Origin: a bacterium
GTDB lineage: Bacteria; CLD3; SB21
NCBI GenBank assembly: GCA_013360215.1
Contig: JABWCP010000001.1
Coordinates: 277,144 to 341,143, forward strand
Length of the DNA: 64,000 nt
Reading direction: 5' to 3'
The notes below the pieces were generated by a model. The model was given only the letters and a program-made list of their open reading frames with translations. It was not told the DNA's origin and did no database searches. Made by a program: the position numbers and the translations under genes. Below, one piece after another: positions 20,895 to 31,152 of this stretch (positions are counted from its first letter, which is position 1; every line of letters starts with the position of its first letter).

Positions 20895-21160
20895 TCATTT
20901 GCAAAGTCACAGGCTCTGTTGTTTCGACACATAAAAACGAGCATTTGCACGGTCATAAAATCATGGTCGTACAACCTGTGGATCTCGAAAAAAATCATAT
21001 CGGCAGTGATATGCTTGCTCTGGACGAAGTCAGTGCCGGTGTCGGTGACCTTGTTCTCGTTATGCGTGAAGGCGGTTCTGCGCGTATTGTTTTCGGTCAA
21101 AAAAAACTTCCCGTACAAGCTGTTATCGTCGGCGTGATTGACGATTACGACTATCGCTAA
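20891..21160 (+). CDS. EutN/CcmL family bacterial microcompartment vertex (BMC-P) protein
   Basis: 89 aa; KVTGSVVSTHK, ALD-VSAGVGDLVLV, GGSAR, IVGVID; ATGA overlap with cinA. Confidence 0.88.
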   Translation: MIICKVTGSVVSTHKNEHLHGHKIMVVQPVDLEKNHIGSDMLALDEVSAGVGDLVLVMREGGSARIVFGQKKLPVQAVIVGVIDDYDYR

Positions 21161-21185
21161 ACACACCTCCTTGTCCCCTATTTCG

Positions 21186-21214
21186 TTGAAGTTAGCTCTG
21201 AAATTTCCTATCCT
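21186..21214 (+). promoter_or_regulatory. sigma70-type promoter candidate for murA operon
   Basis: TTGAAG (21186-21191), 17 nt spacer, TATCCT (21209-21214). Confidence 0.5.
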
Positions 21215-21260
21215 TGTCCTAACACTTTACTTTATTCAATTTTAACTCACCTCTATAGTT

Positions 21261-22550
21261 ATGGAAAAATTCATAGTCGAAGGTGGTCATCGTCTTAGCG
21301 GCACCTTTCAACCTGCAGGAAATAAAAATGAAGCGCTGCCGGTTATTGCCGCGTGTATGCTGACGGACGAACCGATCATTTTAAAAAATATGCCGGATGT
21401 CAGCGATGCGCGCCACATGCTGGATATTGCAGCCAATATCGGCGCTGAAGTAACCCGGCTTGGCCCGTCGGAATGGAAAGTACAAGCTAAAAACATTCGC
21501 ACGCACGAACCCGATTATGCGCTGGCGTCGGAAATCCGAGGTTCATTTTTATTTGCCGGATCGCTACTCGGTCGTCATGGCCGCGTGAGTTTACCTTCAC
21601 CCGGCGGCGACAAAATAGGACGACGACGCCTTGACACGCATATCCTGGCTTTGCAAAAACTCGGCGCACACATGGATTTGGGAAGAAAGTTTTATACGAT
21701 GGAATCCCGCGGCCGATTAATCGGCGAGGATATTTTCCTCGATGAGGCCAGCGTGATGGCTACGGAAAATGCCGTACTGGCCGCGGTATTAGCCAAAGGC
21801 ACCACGATACTCAATAATGCCGCCGGTGAACCGCATGTGCAGGGCCTTTGCCGAATGCTCAATGCGATGGGCGCAAAAATAAGCGGTATCGGAAGCAATA
21901 TACTCACCATCGAAGGGGTAGATAAGCTGCACGGTTGCACCCATACGATCACCAACGATCACATTGAAATCGGCAGTATCATCGGTTTAGCCGCGGCGAC
22001 CAAAAGTGAAATTCTTATCAAAAATACGACACCCCGCAATCTGCGCATGATACTTTTGGTATTTGAACGCCTCGGCGTGCGCGTCGAAATTCGCGGCGAA
22101 GATTTATTTATCCCCGGCGGACAAGAGCCTGAAATCATGTCCGACATGGATGGCGCCATCCCCAAAATTGATGATGCTCCCTGGCCGGGATTTCCTGCCG
22201 ATCTTACGAGTATCATGGTTGTTACGGCCACTCAGTGCAAAGGTATGGTACTGATATTTGAAAAAATGTTTGAAAGCCGGTTATTTTTTACAGATAAACT
22301 TATCTCAATGGGCGCTCGTATCGTCTTATGCGACCCGCACCGTGCCGTTATCAATGGCCCTACACCGTTGCATGGCGAGCTGATAACCAGTCCGGATATT
22401 CGTGCCGGTATGTCACTTCTGATCGCCGCGCTTTGTGCCGAAGGCACTACCACGATCCAAAATATTCGCCAACTGGATCGCGGGTATGAACGGATTGATG
22501 AGCGACTCAATGCACTGGGAGCACGTATCGAACGACGCAAAGATGCTTAA
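21261..22550 (+). CDS. murA: UDP-N-acetylglucosamine 1-carboxyvinyltransferase
   Basis: [52 protein letters not shown]. Confidence 0.95.
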   Translation: MEKFIVEGGHRLSGTFQPAGNKNEALPVIAACMLTDEPIILKNMPDVSDARHMLDIAANIGAEVTRLGPSEWKVQAKNIRTHEPDYALASEIRGSFLFAGSLLGRHGRVSLPSPGGDKIGRRRLDTHILALQKLGAHMDLGRKFYTMESRGRLIGEDIFLDEASVMATENAVLAAVLAKGTTILNNAAGEPHVQGLCRMLNAMGAKISGIGSNILTIEGVDKLHGCTHTITNDHIEIGSIIGLAAATKSEILIKNTTPRNLRMILLVFERLGVRVEIRGEDLFIPGGQEPEIMSDMDGAIPKIDDAPWPGFPADLTSIMVVTATQCKGMVLIFEKMFESRLFFTDKLISMGARIVLCDPHRAVINGPTPLHGELITSPDIRAGMSLLIAALCAEGTTTIQNIRQLDRGYERIDERLNALGARIERRKDA

Positions 22551-22559
22551 CCTCGAACT

Positions 22560-23396
22560 ATGGATCCATCTGCGCGACTTATACATACATTAATACGCCA
22601 GCGCTCCGTGGTGGACGCCGTGGATGCCGGTTTGGCTTTGTGCCGTAATCGTTATTACGATTTATGTATCACCACGTTGATCGTGTTCGTACCGCTTTAT
22701 TCCCTGAAATACGTTCTTTTCGTGTTGGATTTAATTCCTTTTGAACGCGTCTTCAATTCGTTCGGCTTTTTCTATGTTCAATCGTACACACCGGCCAATA
22801 TCATGGTATGGCTTTTGGACAGCGCTGCCAATACGCTATGCGGTGCTGCAATCTGCCGTTATGTGACGATGATGGCCGAGTCGCATACTTTACCGATCCG
22901 ACATACCAAACTTTTGCCGTGGGGTGAATTATGGCCGCTCCTGTTTAATACGTTTATAGCGGAACTAATCATTATCATCGGATTTGGCTTATGTATTTTA
23001 CCCGGCATTTGGACCGGGGTGATGTTTATGTTTGTGACGCCTCTGATCACATATGAAAAACTAACTTCTTTTTCAGATATTTGGACGCGTTCAAAATATT
23101 TGTCGCAGAACGACTGGTGGCGAATGCTTGGATTTTTATTGCTCACGTTTCTTTTACTTGCGATACTCGGTTTATCTTTGACTTACCTTTTTGCTGCCGT
23201 GTATCAGTTGGTTCTCGGTCAGTTAGCCTGGCTTAGCGGTCAAACAGCCGATGAGAACCTGCTAACTATGATCGGCGGTGCCGTCGTATCCGTACTGCTG
23301 TTGCCGATGCAAATGGTATTTACCGTTGTTTTGTATTTTGACATCCGTGCACGCCGTGAAGGTTTAGACATCGAACGAATGGTTCAAAAACTATGA
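22560..23396 (+). CDS. integral membrane protein of the MoxR/DUF4129 module
   Basis: Multiple TM helices; ILPGIW, RS-L-WWR, LYFDIRARREGLDIE C-terminal motif. Confidence 0.7.
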   Translation: MDPSARLIHTLIRQRSVVDAVDAGLALCRNRYYDLCITTLIVFVPLYSLKYVLFVLDLIPFERVFNSFGFFYVQSYTPANIMVWLLDSAANTLCGAAICRYVTMMAESHTLPIRHTKLLPWGELWPLLFNTFIAELIIIIGFGLCILPGIWTGVMFMFVTPLITYEKLTSFSDIWTRSKYLSQNDWWRMLGFLLLTFLLLAILGLSLTYLFAAVYQLVLGQLAWLSGQTADENLLTMIGGAVVSVLLLPMQMVFTVVLYFDIRARREGLDIERMVQKL

Positions 23397-24496
23397 AACA
23401 TATTTTTATTCTTTGGATATTAGCCGGTACGATGGCCGCACATGCCGGCGCAATGCAATCCGATACGATACAGCACATCGGAGCGGAAGCCTATCAATTG
23501 AAAATGCAGTCCATTTATCAAGCGGCTGATTCGTTGTATCGCATAACCGGCTCAGATACAGAAAACCCTGCCATACAAATCATGCGCCAAGCCGAAGACG
23601 AATTACCAGTTCACTATGCCGTCGTATATAGCTACCGTATGCGTATGGGCGGCGATTCACTTTATACCGGCATCATGCGCGTTGACAACCGTTATTTGAA
23701 GCGTTTGATGCAACAAAGTATCAAACCCGACGGAACCAGTTATCGCGATGCATTGCGAACAGAGTTGCTCGACCGCCTGTATGCTTTGGACGAACTGGCT
23801 GAAAACGGAATTATTTTGGATAGCACCGATTACCGTGTAGTCGCTTTGCGAATCGCCGCGGACAAAGATTTCCAACCTGAACAAAAAACCAATGTCTTTT
23901 CATATTTCATTGATAAATTTTTTGAATGGTTGCGTCGCCTCTTTCCTGGCAATCCCGATACACCGGAAACAAAAGAACAAACCAACAACGCCGACTACGG
24001 ATGGCTGGCTACGATTTTGCTGTACAGCATCTATGCGATCGGTTTAGCTTTGCTAGTCTATATTATTTATTGGGCGTATAAACAATACCGCCGTAATACA
24101 ACGGCCGATGAAATGTTACCGGCCACGGCGACACATAGCATCATCGAACCCGGCGAATCTACGGATTACGAGGTACATGCTTCATTGGCAACACAATATG
24201 CGGTTTCCGGAGATTACCGAAAAGCAATCCGCCACTTATATATTGCTTTGATTTTGGAACTTGACGCCCGATTGATTTTACGGTTTGATAAAGCCTACAC
24301 GATCAACGAATATCTTACTTTTGCCAAAAACCAATCCATCATGCCGGAACTTTTACGGTTGTTGATTCAATCCAGTGCACAATTTGAGTACTCCTGGTAC
24401 GGCCATCAAATAACGGATCGCGCTGATTTTGAACGTTTGTTACTATGGTATAACGAAGCAAGGAATTTATATAATACGGCAAGCCATGGCAAATAA
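23393..24496 (+). CDS. DUF4129-domain protein
   Basis: Signal peptide, one TM, GDYRKAIRHLY, TINEY, FEYSWYG. Confidence 0.75.
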   Translation: MKHIFILWILAGTMAAHAGAMQSDTIQHIGAEAYQLKMQSIYQAADSLYRITGSDTENPAIQIMRQAEDELPVHYAVVYSYRMRMGGDSLYTGIMRVDNRYLKRLMQQSIKPDGTSYRDALRTELLDRLYALDELAENGIILDSTDYRVVALRIAADKDFQPEQKTNVFSYFIDKFFEWLRRLFPGNPDTPETKEQTNNADYGWLATILLYSIYAIGLALLVYIIYWAYKQYRRNTTADEMLPATATHSIIEPGESTDYEVHASLATQYAVSGDYRKAIRHLYIALILELDARLILRFDKAYTINEYLTFAKNQSIMPELLRLLIQSSAQFEYSWYGHQITDRADFERLLLWYNEARNLYNTASHGK

Positions 24497-25730
24497 TCGT
24501 TTATTCTTGAGCCTCAGCATTTTTTGCGGCCTAGCTATTTTGCTTCTTCTTTTTTTTTCCGACCCGGGCGCCACTATACATACCGATTCCCCTACAAGTT
24601 ATTCTGTTCAACCGGGCGGCACAAAAATATTTTACAAGCTTCTTACCGACAACGGCTACAACGTTGAGCGTTGGCGAAAAAAAATAAACTCGGTACCTGT
24701 AGCACAGGAAGCGCAATCCATAATAATGATCGCGCCGAGTGACGCCCTTTCGTCGCAGGAAACGGATTTTTTAATATCGTTTATTCATCAAGGCCATACC
24801 GCGTTTCTTTTTTATAGCTCGGCTTTGGATGATTTACTTCAAAAACTGCACGTCCGTTGTAATACCGATTCGTCCATGATTTCTTTTCCGTCGGGCTATC
24901 TGGGAAATACCGTTAGCGGCGACACATTGCATCCTCACATAATAACCTCCGATTCGACGACGCACGCCCGTTTTGACGACGAATACGTCTATTTTAATTC
25001 AGATTCGTCGGCCATCATGCCGCTTTACAGCACATTAAACGGTCATACTGCTCTTGAAATACATCATGGACAAGGAAAGCTAATTATTTTCAATTCACCG
25101 AATTATGTAACTAACGCCGGTTTGCAACTGCGGCATAATGCCGATATTATTTTTAGAATCTTGGAAGTAGATCCCGGTGGAAACCAACGTGAACCGGGTA
25201 TCATTTATTGGGATGAATATCATCACGGCTATAAAGACTACGAATCCCTCGTCGCGGCTCTGGACACCTGGCCGATCAAGTGGGGCATGATCCTCAGTAC
25301 GATCAGTCTTTTGTTGTGGGTGCACGCACGCGCCAAACGTTGGGGTCGCCCCGTACCGGTTATCACTTCGTCACGACGTGCTTCGATAGATTACGTGCAC
25401 TCCGTGTCCGGCGTATATCAAAATTCGTCCGCGCATACGCTCGCACTTCATCATTGGTACCAGTGGGTTATGGCCGATCTGCAAAGGCGCTATGCCACAC
25501 GCGATCCGGACAAACTCGCGCTCATTCTCCACCGACGATTTGCACTGGATATTCAAAAAACAAAAAAACTTTTCGCCTGGATCGAACGTAAAACGATCGT
25601 CGTCAAATCGCCCGACCTCAAAAACGATCCCGTACAAAAACGAGAGGTAAGCATTGACGATGAAGAATTGATCGCCGGTGCAAAACAATTGGATCACATC
25701 TATTTTTTACATTATCCAACCCAATCTTAA
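24486..25730 (+). CDS. DUF4350-domain protein
   Basis: N-terminal TM, SYS-PGGTK, N-GL-N, WDEYHHG, second TM then RWGRP; start MANNR at 24486. Confidence 0.75.
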   Translation: MANNRLFLSLSIFCGLAILLLLFFSDPGATIHTDSPTSYSVQPGGTKIFYKLLTDNGYNVERWRKKINSVPVAQEAQSIIMIAPSDALSSQETDFLISFIHQGHTAFLFYSSALDDLLQKLHVRCNTDSSMISFPSGYLGNTVSGDTLHPHIITSDSTTHARFDDEYVYFNSDSSAIMPLYSTLNGHTALEIHHGQGKLIIFNSPNYVTNAGLQLRHNADIIFRILEVDPGGNQREPGIIYWDEYHHGYKDYESLVAALDTWPIKWGMILSTISLLLWVHARAKRWGRPVPVITSSRRASIDYVHSVSGVYQNSSAHTLALHHWYQWVMADLQRRYATRDPDKLALILHRRFALDIQKTKKLFAWIERKTIVVKSPDLKNDPVQKREVSIDDEELIAGAKQLDHIYFLHYPTQS

Positions 25731-25739
25731 GGATATACC

Positions 25740-26729
25740 ATGTCCGATTTGACAGTAACACCCCATAGCGATGCACCGCTCAATGACGCAGCCGATTTGT
25801 ATCGGCAGATTTCGGCCGCTCTTGATACTACCGTCATAGGCCAGTCGGAGATCAAACGCGAAATGATCATCGCACTGCTGAGCGGCGGTCATATCTTGAT
25901 GGAAGGTGTACCCGGTATAGCCAAAACGCTGCTAGCCAAAACGTTAGCCAAAGCGTTGTCTTGTGAATTCAAGCGTATTCAGTTTACGCCTGATCTGATG
26001 CCGTCCGACGTGATCGGAACCAATGTTTTTGATCCAAAATCCAATCAGTTTAATGTCAAACGCGGTCCTATTTTTACCCACATTGCGCTGATTGATGAAA
26101 TCAATCGCGCACCGGCTAAAACGCAATCGGCATTACTGGAAGTAATGGAAGAGCGACAAATTACGATTGACGGCACGCGTTATCTTTTACCGGAACCTTT
26201 TATGGTGATGGCTACACAAAATCCTATCGAATACGAAGGGACCTATCCTTTGCCTGAGGCGCAGCTTGATCGTTTTATGTTTAAGCTTATTGTGCCGTAT
26301 CCCTCCGCCAGTGAGGAAGAGCAAGTGCTTCGCGCATACCACGGCGGCTTCGATGCGCATCAGATAGACCAAATAAAAATAGAAAACCCGTGTACACCGG
26401 AAATGCTCGCACGGACACGTCATTTGATACGACAGATCGTGGTGGATGACGGAATACTAAAATACATCACAGAGGTTGTTCGCAAAACGCGCGAAACCTC
26501 CGGCATCATGGTCGGCGCAAGCCCACGCGCTACGATCAACTTGCTTTTGGCCGCGAAAACGCAGGCCGCGTTGGCTAATCGCACCTTCGTCATACCGGAT
26601 GACGTCAAAGATCTGGCGCCTGCCGTACTGCGTCATCGCCTTGTGCTACAACCGGAAACCGAAATGGAAGGTCTGCGCCCCGATGACATAATTCGGGACG
26701 TACTCAATACTGTTCCTGTACCCCGCTAA
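25740..26729 (+). CDS. MoxR family AAA+ ATPase
   Basis: GVPGIAKT, RIQFTPDLMPSD, DEINRAPAKTQSALLE, NPIEYEGTYPLPEAQLDRF. Confidence 0.95.
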   Translation: MSDLTVTPHSDAPLNDAADLYRQISAALDTTVIGQSEIKREMIIALLSGGHILMEGVPGIAKTLLAKTLAKALSCEFKRIQFTPDLMPSDVIGTNVFDPKSNQFNVKRGPIFTHIALIDEINRAPAKTQSALLEVMEERQITIDGTRYLLPEPFMVMATQNPIEYEGTYPLPEAQLDRFMFKLIVPYPSASEEEQVLRAYHGGFDAHQIDQIKIENPCTPEMLARTRHLIRQIVVDDGILKYITEVVRKTRETSGIMVGASPRATINLLLAAKTQAALANRTFVIPDDVKDLAPAVLRHRLVLQPETEMEGLRPDDIIRDVLNTVPVPR

Positions 26730-27913
26730 TGAAAGTAAAATCTGACAACATGAAAAAAATATTAAACCCCATTCAGGAATTTATTCACTACGAACAGTCG
26801 TCTGGAATAGTCCTTATTTTTTGTACGATTGTCTCTTTGGCTTTAGCCAATACGCCTCTCAACGAGCCCATCTATCAATTCTGGCACACACGTATCGGAT
26901 TTGCTACAGAAAATATTGATCTCCATAAAACCATTCTGCACTGGGTCAATGACGGATTGATGGCGGTGTTTTTTCTGCTGGTAGGTCTTGAAATCAAACG
27001 CGAAATCGTGAGCGGCGAGCTTTCCTCTCTGCGTCGGGCCAGTCTGCCACTCTTTGGCGCAGTCGGTGGGATGCTTGTACCGGCATTAATTTATGTAAGC
27101 TTCAATCAGGGTACGATATATGAAAACGGTTGGGGTGTCCCGATGGCCACTGATATCGCCTTCGCGTTAGCCATACTCGGATTATTGGGTTCTCGCATAC
27201 CTGTGTCGATAAAAGTTTTCCTCACGGCGCTTGCGATAATCGATGACCTTGGCGCGATCATAGTGATCGCCCTGTTTTACTCATCTACATTATTTTTAAA
27301 CTATAAAGCGGCGGCTTTAGTGACTGTACTTGTTTTGATTTTGATAAATCGATTAGGCATACGCTCTCTTGCAATCTATCTTGGATTGGGAATTCTGCTT
27401 TGGTACTTCGTACTCAAGTCGGGTATTCATGCAACCATCGCCGGAGTCATTTTAGCCATGACCATACCGTATTCCAAAGATGAGACATCTTCCCCGTTAC
27501 TTGCGCTGGAGCACGCACTGCACAAACCGGTTCAGTTTTTTATCATGCCTATTTTTGCACTAGCTAACACCTTAATTGTCATGGATGCATCGGTATGGGC
27601 CGCACTTTTTTCAACGCTAAGCATCGGTATTTTTACAGGTTTGTTCTTTGGCAAAGTTTGCGGCATTCTGATGTTTTGCTGGATCGGTACAAAACTTAAT
27701 CTGGCTGCATTGCCCGACGGTGTCACGTGGCATCACTTGATAGGTACGGGTTTTCTGGCGGGTATCGGTTTTACAATGTCTATATTTATCGCAGTATTAG
27801 CTTTCGAGAATCAGGAAGGCATACAAACTACAGCGAAAGCGGCTATTTTGGCGGCATCTATCGTTTCAGGGCTGACCGGTTTTATGATACTGCGCCGAAC
27901 AATAAAAACCTAA
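26729..27913 (+). CDS. nhaA: Na+/H+ antiporter NhaA
   Basis: WVNDGLMAVFF-GLEIKRE, ATDIAFA, LAIIDD, GIGFTMSIFI; start may be 26750. Confidence 0.95.
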   Translation: MKVKSDNMKKILNPIQEFIHYEQSSGIVLIFCTIVSLALANTPLNEPIYQFWHTRIGFATENIDLHKTILHWVNDGLMAVFFLLVGLEIKREIVSGELSSLRRASLPLFGAVGGMLVPALIYVSFNQGTIYENGWGVPMATDIAFALAILGLLGSRIPVSIKVFLTALAIIDDLGAIIVIALFYSSTLFLNYKAAALVTVLVLILINRLGIRSLAIYLGLGILLWYFVLKSGIHATIAGVILAMTIPYSKDETSSPLLALEHALHKPVQFFIMPIFALANTLIVMDASVWAALFSTLSIGIFTGLFFGKVCGILMFCWIGTKLNLAALPDGVTWHHLIGTGFLAGIGFTMSIFIAVLAFENQEGIQTTAKAAILAASIVSGLTGFMILRRTIKT

Positions 27914-28620
27914 AAATTCATCGGCACTTCGATAAGCAATATATGCGACGGTTGCCGTATTATTAAATTACAATCGCCGGCCGGGTGTATCCCGATCGCA
28001 TCGCGACGATCAAGAAGTTGACTCTCATATTGCGCATTGCCGTCGATCATAAAAATATAAATACCGTTTTCTTTGAAACGCGGCGTGTATGAAATTTCGC
28101 CGCTTTCAACCTCGGCTAACGATAATACAGCATCCTGATTGATCCAGAGCGATTCCGCATTCTCGTCCGGCGCCACGACAGTAACCCATTGATTTTTTCG
28201 TGAAGCAAGGTCAAACGTTTTTTGATCATAGCGCGGCTCGATATTTCTGCGTTTGGGGTAAATCCACAATTGAAGGAAATTAACAGGCGCACTGGCGCTG
28301 TGATTGTATTCCGAATGCGTCAAACCTGAACCGGCGGACATGATTTGTACATCGCCCGTACGAATAGCTTTTTCGCTGCCGGTACTGTCGGCATGCGCGA
28401 GCGTACCCTCCAGCGGGATCGAAATAATTTCCATATTATCGTGCGGGTGCTCACCGAATCCCGATCCCGGACGCACCGTGTCATCATTGAGTACACGCAG
28501 CAAGCCAAAATTCATCCGCTTCGGGTCATGATAACCCGCAAAACTAAATGTATGATACGAACGGAGCCAGCCGTGATCGGCAAACCCGCGCGATTCTGCT
28601 TTGTGAAACACCGTCGGCAT
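27910..28620 (-). CDS. pirin family protein
   Basis: HTFSF, LRVLNDD, HPHDNMEI, MSAGSG-HSE, LQLWI. Confidence 0.92.
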   Translation of the reverse strand: MPTVFHKAESRGFADHGWLRSYHTFSFAGYHDPKRMNFGLLRVLNDDTVRPGSGFGEHPHDNMEIISIPLEGTLAHADSTGSEKAIRTGDVQIMSAGSGLTHSEYNHSASAPVNFLQLWIYPKRRNIEPRYDQKTFDLASRKNQWVTVVAPDENAESLWINQDAVLSLAEVESGEISYTPRFKENGIYIFMIDGNAQYESQLLDRRDAIGIHPAGDCNLIIRQPSHILLIEVPMNF

Positions 28621-28633
28621 AAGGAATACTTAT

Positions 28634-29101
28634 TTAAGTGGTAGATACGAGCGTGGAAGGTATTTTAATTTCCGTAATCGGTTTTTGTGCAGGATGCACA
28701 AGATCTTGAAGGGTCAGTCGCATCAACACATCGTCCACCGCCGTTTGTACGGTTTGCCAAACATGGCGCAGCGTGCAGTCCGTACCGTGCGAACAAATAT
28801 TTTCTTCCCCTGCATGTTTTTCACAAAACTCATGATCAAACAAACGCCCGCCCAATACCGTAAGCACGTCACCGATACGAATCTGATCGGCCGTCCGCGC
28901 TAAACGATAGCCGCCTTCATGACCCCGCGCGCTTTCGATAATACCGCCCATACGCAGGATACGTAACATTTTGGCAACGTTGGCTTCCGAAAGACCTTCC
29001 GCCTGACTGATCTGCGGAATCGTCATACCGTTTTTATTCGTACTGCGGGCGATCTGCAAAAGGCATCGCAATCCGTATTCTTCTTGTGTACTGAACTTCA
29101 T
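28634..29101 (-). CDS. Rrf2-family regulator with three C-terminal Cys (probable Fe-S sensor of the suf operon)
   Basis: EYGLRCL, S-RG-GGY-L, C-X9-C-X5-C. Confidence 0.88.
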   Translation of the reverse strand: MKFSTQEEYGLRCLLQIARSTNKNGMTIPQISQAEGLSEANVAKMLRILRMGGIIESARGHEGGYRLARTADQIRIGDVLTVLGGRLFDHEFCEKHAGEENICSHGTDCTLRHVWQTVQTAVDDVLMRLTLQDLVHPAQKPITEIKIPSTLVSTT

Positions 29102-29116
29102 ATTTTTTCCGTATCG

Positions 29117-29446
29117 TTACATCATACCCAGTTCGAGGCGTGCTGCTTCGGTCATGCGGGTCGGGTCCCAGGGCGGTTCCCACGTCAATTCCAATTTTAC
29201 ATCCGTGATACCGGGCACGGCGCGTGCTTTGGATTCGACCTCCGGAGGCAAACTTTCTGCCGCAGGGCAACTCGGCGAAGTCAGCGTCATCAGAATAGAC
29301 GCCACTCCGGCCGCATCCACTTTCACTTCGTAGACTAAACCGAGATCATAAATATTCACCGGTATCTCGGGATCATAACACGTACGAATCGCTTCGATCA
29401 CTTGTATTTCCATGCCGGTCGGGCCGAGTTTGGTTTCTTCGATCAT
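29117..29446 (-). CDS. sufT: SufT / DUF59 Fe-S assembly protein
   Basis: DPEIPVNIYDLGLVY, MTLTSPSCP, WEPPW. Confidence 0.9.
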   Translation of the reverse strand: MIEETKLGPTGMEIQVIEAIRTCYDPEIPVNIYDLGLVYEVKVDAAGVASILMTLTSPSCPAAESLPPEVESKARAVPGITDVKLELTWEPPWDPTRMTEAARLELGMM

Positions 29447-29449
29447 GGT

Positions 29450-29902
29450 TCACTCCGTAGAAACGATGGTCGTATCATTGGCAATCGCAGCATGCATCGT
29501 GTGCCAGGCCAAACTCGCACACTTCACGCGGGCGGGAAATTCGCGTACGCCGGCAAATACGGCTAACTTACCCAACGATTCTTCATCCACGGTCGTACTC
29601 ATATCGGCCGTTACCAAATCATGAAACCGCTTAAATAAAACTTCGGCATCCGACTTCGTTTTGCCTTTGAGCACAGTGGTCATCAGGGATGCGGATGATT
29701 TGGAAATAGCACAGCCATTTCCTTCGAAGCTTACGTCTTGGATCACATCACCATCCAGCTTGAGATAAAGATGCAAATGGTCACCGCACAACGGATTAAA
29801 ACCTTCTTTGACAATATCCGCATTTTCCATAACGCGAAAATTTCGGGGGTTCTTATTATGATCAAGAATCACTTCCTGATACAATTCACGCAAATCCGAC
29901 AT
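29450..29902 (-). CDS. sufU: SUF system NifU-family protein
   Basis: LYQEVILDH, NPLCGD, GCAISKSSAS, PARVKCA. Confidence 0.93.
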   Translation of the reverse strand: MSDLRELYQEVILDHNKNPRNFRVMENADIVKEGFNPLCGDHLHLYLKLDGDVIQDVSFEGNGCAISKSSASLMTTVLKGKTKSDAEVLFKRFHDLVTADMSTTVDEESLGKLAVFAGVREFPARVKCASLAWHTMHAAIANDTTIVSTE

Positions 29903-31152
29903 CAGCGAAACATCTCCATTGTTTTGTGAATGGCTTTCACCAGCGTATCTATTTCATCGTGCGTATTATAAAATGCCAGCGAAACGCGCGACGTCGCAGG
30001 TACTTTAAAAAACTGCATTACCGGCTGCGTACAATGATGTCCGGTGCGTATGGCTATTCCTTCCTGATCCAGCATCGTACCTACGTCGTGCGGATGTACG
30101 CCGTCCAATATAAACGAAATCACGCCGGCTTTATTTTGCGCCGTACCGATAATATGCAAACCCGAAACGGCGCTCAGTTTTTCCGTTGCATAGTCCAGCA
30201 ATACTTTTTCATACGCTGCAATACGCTCCAAACCGATACCTTGCAAATAATCAACGGTATCACCTAAAGCGATACCGCCTGCGATATGGGGCGTGCCGGC
30301 TTCAAATTTGTGCGGCACGTCGTTGTACGTTGTTTTTTCAAACGTCACCGAACGAATCATATCCCCTCCGCCTTGATACGGCGGCATGGCGTCCAGCCAC
30401 TTCTTTTTTCCGTAGAGAATACCCACGCCGGTCGGTCCGAACATTTTGTGGCCTGAAAACGCATAAAAATCACAATCCAAATCTTTCACATCCACGGGCA
30501 TGTGTTGCACCGCTTGGGCGCCATCTATGATCACGGGAATATTTTTGGCATGTGCAAGTGCTATCATTTCTTTGACAGGATTGATTGTACCGAGCGAATT
30601 GGACACATGCACGATCGCAACGATTTTCGTTTTTTCGGTGAGCATCGTTTGATACGCGTCCATGCGCAGTTCGCCACGTTCATTCATCGGAATGACACGC
30701 AGTTTGGCACCGGTCTGCTCGCAGAGCATCTGCCAGGGTACGATATTGGCATGATGTTCCATCGCCGAAATGAGCACTTCATCATCACGTTGGATATACG
30801 TTCGCCCGTAGGATTGCGCTACCAGATTGATGGCTTCGGTCGTGCCCCGTAAAAATATAATCTCATTGTCGGAGGGCGCATGGATTAATTTTTGAATTTT
30901 CTTCCGCGCGTTTTCGTATGCGATCGTTGCCTGCGCACTCAAATAATGCACGCCGCGATGAATATTGGAATTTTCACGGCTATAATAACGCGCAATGGCA
31001 TCAATCACTTGCTTCGGTTTTTGTCCGGTTGCACCGTTATCTAAATAAACCAGCGGCTTTCCGTGAACGTGTTCGCACAATATGGGAAAATCCCGTCGCA
31101 TAGCGGCCACCTCCGCATCGGAGAATGGTTTTATTTGTTCGGTACTGTTCAT
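29902..31152 (-). CDS. sufS: cysteine desulfurase SufS
   Basis: YLDNGAT-QKP, EHHANIVPW, DGAQ, SGHK, EAGTP, RTGHHC. Confidence 0.96.
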   Translation of the reverse strand: MNSTEQIKPFSDAEVAAMRRDFPILCEHVHGKPLVYLDNGATGQKPKQVIDAIARYYSRENSNIHRGVHYLSAQATIAYENARKKIQKLIHAPSDNEIIFLRGTTEAINLVAQSYGRTYIQRDDEVLISAMEHHANIVPWQMLCEQTGAKLRVIPMNERGELRMDAYQTMLTEKTKIVAIVHVSNSLGTINPVKEMIALAHAKNIPVIIDGAQAVQHMPVDVKDLDCDFYAFSGHKMFGPTGVGILYGKKKWLDAMPPYQGGGDMIRSVTFEKTTYNDVPHKFEAGTPHIAGGIALGDTVDYLQGIGLERIAAYEKVLLDYATEKLSAVSGLHIIGTAQNKAGVISFILDGVHPHDVGTMLDQEGIAIRTGHHCTQPVMQFFKVPATSRVSLAFYNTHDEIDTLVKAIHKTMEMFR

